A DNA stretch of 64,000 nucleotides from Glaucostegus cemiculus (taxonomy: Eukaryota), in the NCBI GenBank assembly GCA_976551045.1, contig CDPCPM010000026.1:8370001-8434000 (forward strand). Reading direction: 5' to 3'. Numbering within the stretch: the stretch's first letter is position 1; each line of letters begins with the position of its first letter. Position numbers and translations under genes: made by a program. The notes beneath the pieces were generated by a model, which did not search any database, was not told where the DNA came from, and saw only the letters and a list, made by a program, of their open reading frames with translations. Below, in pieces: positions 11,821 through 25,180 of this stretch.

Positions 11821-14180
11821 GGCACTGACCACTAATCCATCAAAACCCCTCCCAAACAAAAGTAATCCACTCTTCCCAAACCCCCACCCCCATTTGTTCT
11901 ATCAATCAAGCTCTTTACTTCTCCCTGAACTATCCATCCATCCATCCATCTCCACCTATATTTCTCTCTGCCAAATGCAGTTCTAGTCACCTCACTATGG
12001 GAGCTGTTATTTGAGATGGCACCAGTCTGGCAGTTTCTCTGTGGCGATTGACACAAACAGACCAAGAAGATCAATGATTTGAACCCTGCTTTTTGTTGGG
12101 TTGGCTGATTTCTGCTAGGCTAATGATTGGGTACACTCCAATTAGCTGCAAGTCTCCCAGTTTAGGCAAGTGTGAAATCCCCCTGTAATCTCATTCCCAG
12201 TCACCAATTGACTGTTGCTGGGTTTGTCACTCGTCCGGTTCACTTCGGCTGGGATAAGTTGCTTCTGTTTGCCATTCTCCTTTTCTCTCTTTATTGCATC
12301 TCCATGCTCAGCTCTATACAAAATTGTAGTTGATCATCATACCCATCTCCCAACACAGCAAATTCCAGATCTAATTCTTCGTACCAAAGCACCCCTTTCC
12401 TTTTATTCACCCATCCTACTTCTGCAGCCTTTTTACAGCCCTCTGGTCATGTCCTTCTGTTTACCAGTTCTATCCCCCTGTATGTTCATCCTGCCTGCCT
12501 TCCCTCCCACCCTCCCCAACCTCTTCTATAATACACTACTGTGCACCCTGTCATACATTATTGTGATATCAGAGAACTGTCCTCTCGATCCACTTTCCTT
12601 CTTCATCAGATAATGTTTTACTTATCATTTCTCTTCATGAAGAAATAATTTTGGAATTATTATTACAAAAATTAAAAAGGTCTCAGTCGATTTCGCAGTG
12701 TTGCCTGAAGAGCTAATGCTCATAACACCACAGATACTGTATCTTAACAGTTAAGTGTTTTCTTTAATGGTTAATCTTAACCATGCAGAGAGAGAAGCTA
12801 TTTCAGTGTTTTAATAGTAGACATTTGACTTGGCATGCATTAAGTGGCTAGTTTTTTCTTATCTAATATAGATGTAAATTACACTTAATAGTTTAATATT
12901 TTAGCTTTGTGTTATGTACTCAGAGCATGAGGTGGTTCCTCCTCAAAAGCCACGGGTCAAGCTGGACTGCATTCATATTGCAAGGTCTCTTTCTAAAAGG
13001 AATGAGCAAAGTTATTTATTTTCACTTGACTGCACTTAATTGTATGGATCTTACTTGGAATATTAACTCAATGGACAGGTGGTTGGAATTCTGAGCAAAG
13101 ACAATCGAGCTGTTCCAGGAAAATACATTCCTTGTCTTCAATGGAAAAAAGGAACTGGAAATGCAGCCAGATGCTAAATGAAATTAATTTAAGAAATGAA
13201 CAAACTGAGTAAAAGAAAGAGGGCCATGCCACATATTTCAAAAGGTGGCATTAAAATTGAATCTGTCATCATGCATTTGCTTGAAGTGAGACAATTGTCT
13301 TCACATTAACTGGGGTCATTAAATAAAGTTTTAAAAATAGGAACCTGCTGTATGCGTGGATGGGTTTCTTGCAGTTTGGTTCTCACTCTGTGCAGTTTAG
13401 TTTAGTAATGAACTGATTTTAATTGATTGTTTTCACTGGGTTTTCGCAGTTTGCTTGCACATATTGGTTCAGAGGGGTTTGAGAGTGCTCGGGCATTAAC
13501 CCTGGTGGCAAACTGTTAGAGATCGACAGGAGTTGTTTATTCTGCAAATTTGCGAGCACTGTTCGCATTGATCCCCTGATAAAGATGCTGTGGATGATAT
13601 TTATAACATGTGTCTTGTATTGTGTTTACATCTCTGTGCCTCTATGCTCATGTGTACTATCGCTTGATTACTTTGTTAAAATAAGACTTGCGAAATGCAG
13701 TTCCGATTGTTCAGAACCGGGAACAGGGGTTTGAATGGGGATATGAAAAAAAAAGACTGAATCTGCCCAGGAGTAAACTAGTTTATTATGGCTGAGATAC
13801 AATGTAATCTTTGGTAGGTGTGCACCGAGCCTCTGTGCGTGTGTGTGTGTATAGTAGCAGCTGCTCTTGGTGGGAGTGGTGAGCATTACTGGGAGTGGCT
13901 CATTATGAAGCTTTCTTTACTGCCTTCCAGGGGCTTTACTTATTCATTATTCTCAGGGAGCACTGCCAGTAGCAGCTTCAGAGCTCTTCAGCGCTTTAGA
14001 CTACAAGCTGTGACCGTTGGGTGGAAGACTTGCACTCCTGTTAGCAACCCCTGGCTTTAAATTCTTCAAGGACAGCTATTTAATCTTGCCAGCCCAGCTG
14101 GCTGTGCGTGCGTGAGTAGATATGGACGGCTAAAGGTACTGTTTTAAGAGTTAACAGGAAAGGAAAAAAAAAGCTTGGAA

Positions 14181-14235
14181 CCGCCTCCGTTTATTATAAG
14201 GGACTCAGTTGCTGTTCCAGTGTTTATCAGCAGCC
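14181..14235 (+). promoter_or_regulatory. Candidate TOX3 core promoter (GC-box-like CCGCCTCC, TATAAGGG, Inr-like TCA about 30 nt downstream)
   Basis: CCGCCTCC at 14181, TATAAGGG at 14195, TCAGC at 14227. Lies in a repeat-free, mildly CpG-retaining stretch about 350 bp upstream of the ATG. Motif evidence only. Confidence 0.35.
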
Positions 14236-14556
14236 CAGATCAGAGTCTGCAGTGGTGAAGCTGGAAAGCATCAGCTTATCAGTGCTGGTCGCGTGGCTTC
14301 TTTGTGTACAGCAGCTGCTGTTGAATGCATGGGCAAATACTGAGGCTCAGCACTGGGCAGTTAAACACAGACCCAAGGAACACAGGAAATACATGTATCT
14401 TTTCTAAACAAGAGATTTAAACCACTTTGTACACAATCCCCAGGGTTACATCTGTGCATTACTTACCCTCAATTGAGTTAACACTTAAGTGGATGTCAGA
14501 AAACCCCATAATAATCAAAGTGGTTAATTACTGAGGGTTGTTATATTTTTAAAAAA

Positions 14557-14658
14557 ATGGATGTACGTTTTTATCCAGCTGCTGCTGGCAACACTATTCC
14601 TGGAGATCCTTCCAACCTGGACCTTTCCCAATGCCTGGGCTACTACAACTACAACAAG
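14557..14658 (+). CDS. TOX3: TOX high mobility group box family member 3, coding exon 1 ([34 protein letters not shown])
   Basis: Manual translation from ATG 14557 gives 34 codons matching the vertebrate TOX3 N-terminus as recalled ([23 protein letters not shown]). It ends in a phase-0 donor AAG|GTGAAA at 14658/14659. Confidence 0.93.
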
Positions 14659-17600
14659 GTGAAAAGATTTCTTTATCTTCATTGTGTCATGCTTTACGTG
14701 ATAGTTTGTAAGGAGAAGGATGGTTGAATTATTTAGCATTAAATTGTATCCTACATATATACTGTCTGTTACTGTTTTATTTATTGTGAGTGGCCCTAGC
14801 TTTTTGTTTTGCTTTTATGATTTCAAATGTATTATGTGCACTTAAAGTCATTAGAAAGTAACTCCAAGTGGCATTATCATTATCTGTCATTTTAGATTTC
14901 CGAAATCAATAGAAACATTGATGAGTTTGGCAGCACAATCAGTGAGCCAGAAACTTATTGCTAACCATCTTCTGAAGAAAAGGCCATTTTTGGACTCTTT
15001 AAAAATCAAGCATCTTACAAAAGTGTCATTTACAATACTTTATACTGCTGTCTGCGGACATGCACTGCAAAAGTAGAATTTTTTTAATAAGTGGATTATT
15101 GGTTTGAAGATATAAACTTAAATAATTTACTCTGGATGTTTAACCATGCTAATTTTATTTGCTATTTTGAGTGTAATCAATCACATCGAACAGGAATTTT
15201 TATCCAACTTTGTGCTAGATTTGCTAATCTGTATTAATTATTTAAAATCATAACTATAATACCAGAGAATGTAAAAATGTTTTGTCAAGTAAAAGTTTAC
15301 AGCCCTCTTTGGAGATCATTTGAAATGAATTGATGTCTTTTGAAATGCAGTATTTTATTGTGTTGGTAATGTGCTCTGCTTGTCTCAATACATCCACTGT
15401 ATTGACTTTATTACTTGTTTACTGGATGCTTTTACTGTCTCTGAGTAACACATTGCTCTGGCAATTGTTGCTGTAGGCTTATGGGACATCGCATCTAATT
15501 ATTGCTTAATTACTGTGAGAAAGTTTATTTTTCCCTCACTCTTCACTTTCATGCATTATCACTTCCACGCAGTATTATCTTCTGATTCTCTTGTTCTGTG
15601 TATTAGAAGAGTAATCCTTTTGTGCTGCTGAAGCAAGTATTGTTTCTGAACTTTCACATGGCAAATACAAGGCTGTAATCATTTCTAGCATCAACAGCAC
15701 TGTTGATCTTTGTTGATAGCTGCATCATCATTACTTTTGATTAATATTTAGTTTGGTAAAGAATCTATCTAGAGGGTTTGGTAATTCTGAAATGCCTTTC
15801 TATGTCCCTGTGAATATTTCGATGCCCTACTGTAGATATGCTACAATCTAGCAAGTCCAATTCATTGTATTATTTAGCATACAGTTGTGATCCTGCTGAG
15901 TAAATGCTTGCTCATTCCTCTATGTTTCACTGGAAGGGTGTTAAATGTTTGGAAGCTCTTCCCGGTTTTAATTTCTATCAATTGTGAATTTGCTTATCAC
16001 TTTGAGTTGAATTAGTTATTAACAGTACATAAAACTTTCTGAATATTGCACTCTGATGCATTTGATGTTTAAGAGCTGGAACTTTGGCGGAAGTGCTGCA
16101 GTAGTTACATGAGTAAAGATTGTACCATGCACGATCTGCTGAAGCTTATTGAAAATTGCAAATCCCCTTTAAAGTTAAAATAACAATGCTATTTTAGTTT
16201 GTTTAAAGTAACTTCATGTGAAATGTTACAACAATGAAACTGTCTTAAGCTACTTAATTAACTTCAATGCGGCGGTGAGTATTAGAAAATGAAAATACTT
16301 GGAATGATTATTACTCAATCATAGGCTCCTCCCACTCTTATTACTCCATCTTTGGTGTATCAGCGTCATCATCATCATCAATGTGTCACACAGTATCTGA
16401 TCTAAGTAGTGACAGTCTAACCTGCCTTAGTTTACATTGCAATGGCTAAAGGGGCATTTTCTTAATAATACCCAGAAAGATCAGCATTGTCATTGTAAAC
16501 GTATGGCCACTTTTATAAAAAATTCTTATTTCTGAAGATGCAAAATTTGTCATTATTTACAAAAAATATTGTTATATTCACACAAGGTTACAATTGGAAA
16601 GTTTTTTTCCCTACAGTGCACAAAAATGATTATACTCGTATCTAGAAAATGAGTGGCAATAGAATTCTGATATGTTTCTGGACATTTGGCAAAGAGGTTG
16701 TTATGCTTCCATTGATATGAGTAATGCAGGTGCCACTGCCTACTCAGAATTTGGAGAACTCCAGTGTTGTAGCTCGTGCCCTAAGCATATTAAAGACTTG
16801 TTCTAGTTACAAATCAGAAACATTATGTATTTAATGACCTTGAATCCTTTTTTTCTGATATTCTAATTGCTTAAAGTAGAACTTAATGTCACAAAGTTAA
16901 TTATTTTAGATTGACAGACTAAGCAATGTTGTTGAATGTGATTCAGCTGTCCAATCATGAAAAACCTTTGTTTGCCCACAGTAATATACTCAAAACATGC
17001 CACATGCAGTAAAGTCTAAATGGTGAATACCAAAGAATAAGAATCTTCCAACTGTAGAGAGCTTTCGAGTTTGTTCGAAGAATTGGTGTGGGAGAAAGAT
17101 TTTGCGCAGCAAAATGCGCATATCTAGAAAGTATAGAGCAAAGTTACAATGCACATAATTTATGCTATAGTTGCATATTTTTGCTTTGAAATTCAGTGTT
17201 TTTTGATTTTTAGTTGATATGAAATGATCCAAATTTAAGGTAATCCCCATGAAAATTAAGGAGCTAGGGCAATGTTTCATGCAAACATACTGTTTTTCGG
17301 TAGTTGAATGCTTCTGTGCTTCTCAAACTAGCTATAAAGAAATAAAATATTTTTTTTGTTTTATTATGTTTTTTCTGTGTCTGCTTCAACCAATGGTACC
17401 CTAATGAGTCTGTTTACAAGATGGTTTTGTGAAGTGTCTGTCAAAGACTTTTAGTCAAGCTACTTGTTCCCAGATGGTTCTCTGCAAAAGTAGTAGATGT
17501 TGTTGACATACAGATCAGCCATGATGTAATTGAGTGGTTGAATAGTTGGAGGTTGGATTCAAAAGTTCATACCATCTCTGTTCTGGGGAGGAAGCTGTGG

Positions 17601-20600
17601 GTGGAGTCAGAACCAAATCATAGAATTGTCCATTGTTAATGTGCTTGCCAAAGTCTGGTGTGATGAGAATTGAGTCAAAGTGCATGGTGAATGTTCCTGG
17701 TAGACAAAATAAAATTCTAACTCTGATCATTAGTTCATTCTGCCTCTCAACTTGTGAATTTTTATGATAATTAGCATTGTGGTAGTAATTAAGCCTCCAA
17801 AAACAGTAAGTGAGAGGAATGCTTCTGGATTGCCATCCTCTGAAATTATAATTTTCTCAGTGAAAGAAGTCATTACAAAGCAGTAAATAATGATGGATGA
17901 GTTGAGAACCCTTTTTGTGAGCTTGCCTAAGTTTGTGCAATAGGATGATGCCTGCGAGAATTTGAGGCAACTCTGTTTTATTATTTCAGAAAAATCTACT
18001 GAACAAATTTGGTATTTGGCAGCTCTGGGTTAATCATCCAATTAGTTATTAGTTACCTTCAGGAAAAGAAGTTTGTTTATCACCAAGTATAACAATTCTG
18101 CTTTAATCAGTGTAGTTTAATTTAACATCAGAGGGAACACTGCATCATAAACAGTGACAGAACTGATCAGTGTTTAACATTTCTGTTTATCCTTCCTTCA
18201 TATAATTTTGCTACAAGTTTATTTTCCTTTTCAGTAGCAAAACATGTCCTGTTTTTTTGATATAACTCTATGGTTATCAATTTTTAACATTTCAAGCCTC
18301 AGTAAATTAAAATGTAGTTCCATAAATTTGGTTTTGGGAGAGATTTGTTTTTAAATAACTGAACATCTACTTGCAGTAAGGGAATATTTAAATAATGCAT
18401 GCATTAAATATGACTCTAGAGCAATTGAGCTGGGGGTTAATACAAGTGCTGAGGAAACTGGCATAAAAATTATGCTATGCGGCAGTAGAAGATTGCATTC
18501 TGTTATTTGTAAGGAATATGTTTATATTTGTGAAGTGCTTTAGAAGTTATGATTTATTGTACAGATTTTACAAAGCTATTGAGGAAAAAAATGAATGTAG
18601 TAAATAAGGACAATTGTAATGAAAAGCCACTTTACATTAATATAGTCCAAACCTGATTTTATATGCAGAGAATAATGCCATCTAGCCTTGGTGTGTGCAA
18701 TCATAGACTATGTTAATATGTTTTATTTTCACAGTTTGCTACTTAACCAGCATGTGGTAATCAGCATCATTCTCCAGCCTCTTTCTGTGGTGCATATTTA
18801 AACAAGGAGAAAAGTGCTCAGCTGTGTCTGAGGTTCAGTGCTGGAAAAACACAAGTGATAGATGTGCTTACCATCTTTTTAGTGTGTATTGATTTAACTG
18901 CTATGATCCATAAACTGGCTGTATCAATAAACTTCTGAAAATTAATTCAGAAAATCTTACTCCGAATCAGCAATATAAATGTTGAGGAAAAACAAAAGCA
19001 TTCATAAAACAGTGGGGGGAAATAAGTGTTTTGTAAAAAGTGTGAAGATTTCTAAGCTAAGGCTTTTGCTTGTGTATTTCTTGAATCCAGTAAAAAAAAA
19101 TGCAATTTTTCATTCATCTATAAAATGGACTTGATTTTCCAACTTATGAGTTTTAGTTAAATAACCAAAAGTTTGTCCCATCTGGTTTTGTTTGTTCACT
19201 CGGGTTAAATACATCAAGTGACCTGGCTGTGCTGGGAAAGAACCAATTTAATCTCAGGAAAAAATGGATACAATAAGGAACAAAGGTCAGATGATAGAAT
19301 AATCTGAAGATTCCACATACTGTCACCTTTAAAATTAAATTGTTGTAAAATTGTGTAGATAGACTAAGCAATCAATTTTGCTTAAAAATGCTCTGTGGAG
19401 AGAAACCTACAAATTGTATATGCCTGAAAACTTGTGTTGTATGTGTAAATTTCAGAATATGGTGCAGGAGAAGTTGTTTGCTTATTATGGATGGAAAACC
19501 TCTATTTCTTACAACCGAGAGTTTTTTCAGTACCCTTTCATAGTTTGCTCCAAAGGCACTTGCACTTTTTTTGTTGCTTCGTCATTGATGACTGAGATCA
19601 GAAAAGTTTTGGAATAATTTCTCTGCTGCTTGTAATGATGAAAGTCCCTCTGTTTGTAATATGTAATTCTGAAATAACTATTAACCAGAGGAGAAAGAAC
19701 CAACTTCCAGAAAGTAGAAGGGAGCCTGCTTTTGGAAAGTTACATGATAATGTGTATGTTTCCTAAATTTGAAGGGGGAAGGGCCAATAACTATTCGATT
19801 TCTTTGTCTCAGTCCTTGGCATACCTTTTGGTAACCCTGGTAACAAAACAGTTTGCAAGAGAATGATTTGTCACAGCATGGTACTGTATTTGAAGCCACA
19901 TATGCATAAGTGGTTTAAAATGGTATTTTTCTGCATCAGTTTCTCCACTGTGACTACTGAAATGATTTTAATTACAAGCTTGTATGAAACAGTAGTAATA
20001 AAAGTACCTGACCTCAGTGTAATCTGCCTCAGTGCTGGCTGTCAATGATAATGTTTATTATACTGTGCATAATTTAGGTATTAGTGGCCAAACCAATTTT
20101 TGTAGTTGACAATTACTAGGATTTGTTTTATTCTAAAGTTCAATTGGTGTTGCCAGCTGTCTTAGCATTTTGATCAATAATTGCACACTTGTTTAATTTT
20201 TATCATGAGTGCTTTCAGCAGCTAAGTGTGGCTATATAAAAACTAATTTGTTTTCAACAGGATATGACTACAAGCATTATACTACTAATAAATAACTCTC
20301 TCACTAGAAGCTTGTGCGCTTTTGAGGTAGGAACTGGGATGGTGCAACACATTTTTATTAAAATCATTAATGACCAAATGAATATCCCTTGATGAGGCAA
20401 AAGTAGAGGGTGCAAAATTTTGTTGAAAAAATTTTTGAAAGTACAACTGAAAAATCGCAAGGCACAAAAACCTGTCTTTGAAAACAAAGCAAAGGTATTG
20501 ACTTTGATATTATCATTTTAATCTCCGTTCTGAGAATGACTTGAGTTACTGGAGTTAAAGACTGTTGTGCATCAGGGCTTTTGTAAAATCGCAGAATCCA

Positions 20601-23600
20601 AGAACTCCACAGCTCTGACCCTTTGGCCGCTGGTGTCCAGACAAGCTGAAAATTGCGATTCGGATATATCACTCTTCCCACATTTCAAACCACACTCTCG
20701 TAGATTATGGTACATCAAGTGCTCATCCAAGTACATTGAACGTGTAATCAGACTTACTCCAATATTTGAGTAAAACAAAAAAAACCTCTTCCCATCTGAA
20801 GCTTCCACATTCTTCTGACCTTAAATCTACACCTCAAGGTTTTTGACTGTTCTGCTAAGGAGAATAAATTCTTCTTAATCAATCTATCTAGACCTTTTAC
20901 GTTGTCATACACCAATTGCCTTGTTTAACTGGTTTAATACTAACCCCTGTCAGATTCTGACATGAGGTAAATTCCTTACTGCGGACTGGGCTGATGACGA
21001 TTCCCCACATGTAAACTATCTCTGAGCAAACGGGTCAGAACAGATGACTGGCAAGCTGTTGTAAGTAGGGTTTAAAATGGTGGTAAAAGATAGAAAGCTC
21101 CTAGGATTGCAGACGAGGGATTGTTTGGCTAACTACAAAGCTGCACATCTGGAGGTGCGAGGCATTACTGCTGAATTGTGTAAAATGACTATACAAATGA
21201 AATAATACAGATTTTTCACTTGTAATTCAGTGCAAAGTGAAGTCATTTTCACCTAATCTGTACTGCAAGAAACTAACAGGACCAGGTTGAACAATAGTTT
21301 GACAGCCCATCCAGTTTTACCCTTCGCTGACTTCAGTGGAGGGTAACGTGGGCCTGGTGTCAAAATAGCATGTAGTGTGGGTTTTGTCAATTTCCCACTA
21401 TGTGAATTAGGTCAAAATTACCACTAAGGTTTTAGCTTGTTGATCTTGGAATGATTTGGAAGAAATAAAGAATCTAATAGCAGGTGCAAATAATGTAGCT
21501 TTTGCTTTAACATGAAAGCAACGTTTGGTGCAAGTGTTTGGTTATTAATGTAATAATCCCTAATACCTGAACTAAATCTGGGCAGCTGCCAGTATACAAT
21601 CTTGGATTTAGTAGGCAACTCATAACATACTGATTCAAACAGAATACATTCTCTTTGGGGATCACAATATAAATGGAACATTGGACCGGAAAATTATTGG
21701 TATCCTAGCCAAAGTATTTCCACAGAATTGAATGGGTTATATGTTCTTCTATGTTGTAAAAGTTTATGGAAAAATAATGTATTAAAACATCCTTCTTTGA
21801 GGTTTTTGTCTTGTCAGAAGGTTAAGTCTCCACTCTACTATCGCTGTACGTTATTCATTATAAAACATAGTAAATAGTACATTTCTAAAATCCATTTGAA
21901 TTGGTTTTGGCTGCAGTATTGTGTTGTCAGTTAACTGAAGGAACATTACTGCCATATATAGTGACAGTGAGCATAAATGCTTTGCTATCCAGAGTACAGA
22001 GCGGAACACAGCTTGTTTCTTTGTGATTGAAAGTGGTTCAAATCCTCCTAGGTAACTGGCATTGACTTTTAAAGCCCTGGACATATGGTACAGTAAATGA
22101 TTTGTATTTACAGTACTGCCAGGCCTAGATATCATGTTTCATAAAGGCAGTGTTTTGTAACAGTGCCCTAGTTTGTATTCCCAGTACTCTTCTCAGTGTG
22201 CCATGTCTCGGTATCCAGCTATTGAGGCGGCCATTATCTTTTACAAATCATTGCATCTGTTATCTTCTCAGGTTACTGTTGACAAAGGATTGAGCCTCAA
22301 CTGCCTGCGTACTCAGTTACCACCTTGCTTGTTTGTTGGCTGCCTGGCCAAATATAGCAAAGATTTTTTTGTAATGGTTACTGTATTATAATTTTAAATG
22401 TTTAATGATATGTAAAGCTAATGCTTTTTTTTGGAAATATGGGTCAGCAGACATGATTCTATTTGCTGTAACTGCAGCTGATTTGTTTAACTATTTATTT
22501 GATGTTTGGGAATAGTTCAGAAATCTGGTTTCCATGCACTTGCTCTTTGTGTGACTTCGTTTCCATTCCCATTTTAGTTCTCATTAACCTGAATCTAGTT
22601 TTCTACACTGTTGCAGTGCAAGAATCCTGAAGACAATGAGGATTTTTTTTCTCAATTCTGAATGCTCCTCAGGAATGTCAGGGTAACTATTATTGCACAA
22701 TTGGAAGCTTGTAGGCAGATGTAGCAAAAAGAAAACTTTAGTGCTGCTTGATCAACTTGCTCAAAAAGCAACAGCAACTTCCATCATTCACCCAGTGCTC
22801 TTTGAGAGGGTAAATTTGAAACCAGTCCACAGAACTGCGCTCCACAGTGTAAAACAGTTGAAGTCTTAAATTGTGTTTCTGAACAGATTATCCTGCAGCA
22901 CATTTTTCAAAAGACTATCATTTTGTAATTCTAAATACATTCTACACATCTTGTAATTTACACTATATTTTAATGCAACATTAGTTTTCTATCAGGGAAA
23001 TTACTTATAATATTTAAAATATGTGATGATACTTAGTAACAGAACTGTTTATGAAGTACTGTTTATAATAGGAGTGGATTAAAAGCTGCAGCCTTAATGT
23101 AATGTTCCTCTTCCTGTGAGAAATATTTAAGTAACAAAAAATGGGTTGATGATTTAAAATAGAAGATGATTATAAATGAATAAAATGTTGCCCTGTTAAC
23201 ATTGCAGATAGTTTGCTTGTAGCATAAAATGTATAATCAAATCTTTCAATTTTTTAAAAAAGTCAATGAAAATGATACGAATGATTTTACAACACCTTGA
23301 TAATGGAGCAAACAATTTGGAGAGTAACATTTGCAATTCGGCAAGAAATGGATATGCTTTCCTTTTTGGACAGTATATCCAAATTTGTGGACAATCACTT
23401 TTTGTTCAATGTGGAATATCTCGAAATTTCTGATGTGCAAGTGATGTACTGAGTTATTTGCTGAGTAACAATGTTTCTTTACATAATAACCAGGGTGTTT
23501 TTTTTACAAGTACTGATGCTGATTTCACCATATTGTAGGAAGAGCATTAATTACCATTAACCCAATCTAAGGATACAGGTTGAAGGATGAAAAATGCCGG

Positions 23601-25074
23601 TCCTCCAGTGGGAGATGAAAGATTTAACTTAGAAAGATCGTCTGTTGGAAATAAAGGCCATTATTTTAGTTAAGAAATAGATTTTAAAACTATACTGCAA
23701 GAACAATTTGCTTTGGGATATTAATCAAATCATAGCAGGAAGAAAAGGGATTTAATATTAATACAACTGTTTTACATCAACTTTCATAGTGAGGACAGAG
23801 AACAGTTTATATGAAGATGTTCATGCAGGATGTTTCAAATGGTGAACGTGTCCAAAATTAATGGTGTACAAGTTATCTGATTGCATATTGCAATTAACTT
23901 TGGGGGTCCCTTTTCAGTGTTCATTGCCTACAAAACCAAGCCTTATGTGATCACCTACTGTTTCATTTAAACTGATAAACTTACTCCCAAGCTGCTGCTG
24001 TTTTAGCAGAGGATTCTAATACAACATACCAGAGTAAAATTGGAGATATCCTCTCCCCCTTGCCCCACCCCCTTTTTTAATAGACCCTAATAGGAGCTTC
24101 ATTATTCCTAATTGTTGGGCTGCAAGCACCTGCCAATGTGGGTTTAAATTTAGGTATTCAAAGGTGAATAAAAATGGCCTGTGGGCATTCTCCCTCATTG
24201 CAGATTAGTGGATGACAGCCTTTGTGTTTCTAACCAAACACTATTGATCAGAAAGTCAATAGAATCAGTTTTGTTTGTTGCTTATGGAATTGATAATTGT
24301 TTTTATCTTTGTGGTGAAACGTGCTAATGACTATTTCTAGGTCATTTCCTGTCACACAGATGGGGCACATCTGGGTGTGAGGCACCCTTGGGTCCTTCTT
24401 GCAATATCTGCTTCAAATTCCATTCTTTTTGGCCTTCCCAGCATAGTACCAGATTAAAACATTAGCCCAGTAAGTTAATGAATTACCTTCTTATCCTTTG
24501 AATGCACATCCCAATATCCATTCTGTCAATAACTGATCCCATTTTCCCCCATCACTTCTACATGATGTTAGTCCTGTTCTTCCAACACACCCACCCTCGC
24601 CTCTTCTCCCTTGTCACTTCTTAAGGGTCTTGAGATGTAACTGAAAGTTTTTGACAGAGGACCAATGTCTGATCACTCAGTGTTGCCCAACTAATGCACC
24701 ATTATCATGCCCATTAGGTTGCATTGGAATTTCTGGTTGCAAACTGTGATTATGGACTTGCATTGTGGAGAATGGTGTGGTTGCTGAACTTCAGTAGTAA
24801 CTCTTAAATGAGTTGTATAATGCCAAAATAACTACGCTTTCCTCCAGTTAAACCCCACTGCAGTTGCTCAGGGAAACCAAGATTACACTTGCTAGCTCTT
24901 GTGATTATTTTGCAGCACTCCCATCAGTTCCTTGGTGGAAGTCTGCTGAAAGGACAGGCATCTAGACCTGGAGGGTGGTGAGGTGGATCATGGCCCAGCT
25001 TATAAAGGGGACCAGATTGGTGGTATTTTCTGGTATTTCTTGGCAGGGGTTGGGGGGGGGGGGGAGGAAGAGGG

Positions 25075-25180
25075 GTGCAGATATCGTGGGAAGGAAAAGA
25101 TTGGGATTAGTGTAAATGAATGCGTGGTGTGGACTCAGTGGGCTGAAGAGCCTGTTCTATACTGTAAGACTCTATAATCT
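25075..25180 (+). mobile_element. SINE 3' fragment with CR1-type tail
   Basis: gggattagtgtaaatg...ggactcagtgggctgaagagcctgtt...ctgtaagactctataatct, preceded by a G homopolymer. Confidence 0.65.

Noticed and set aside
13141-13212. Alternative upstream coding first exon (MEKRNWKCSQML...)
   Set aside because: In-frame TAA at about 13210, only a weak out-of-phase donor, and no convincing similarity to known TOX3 alternative N-termini.
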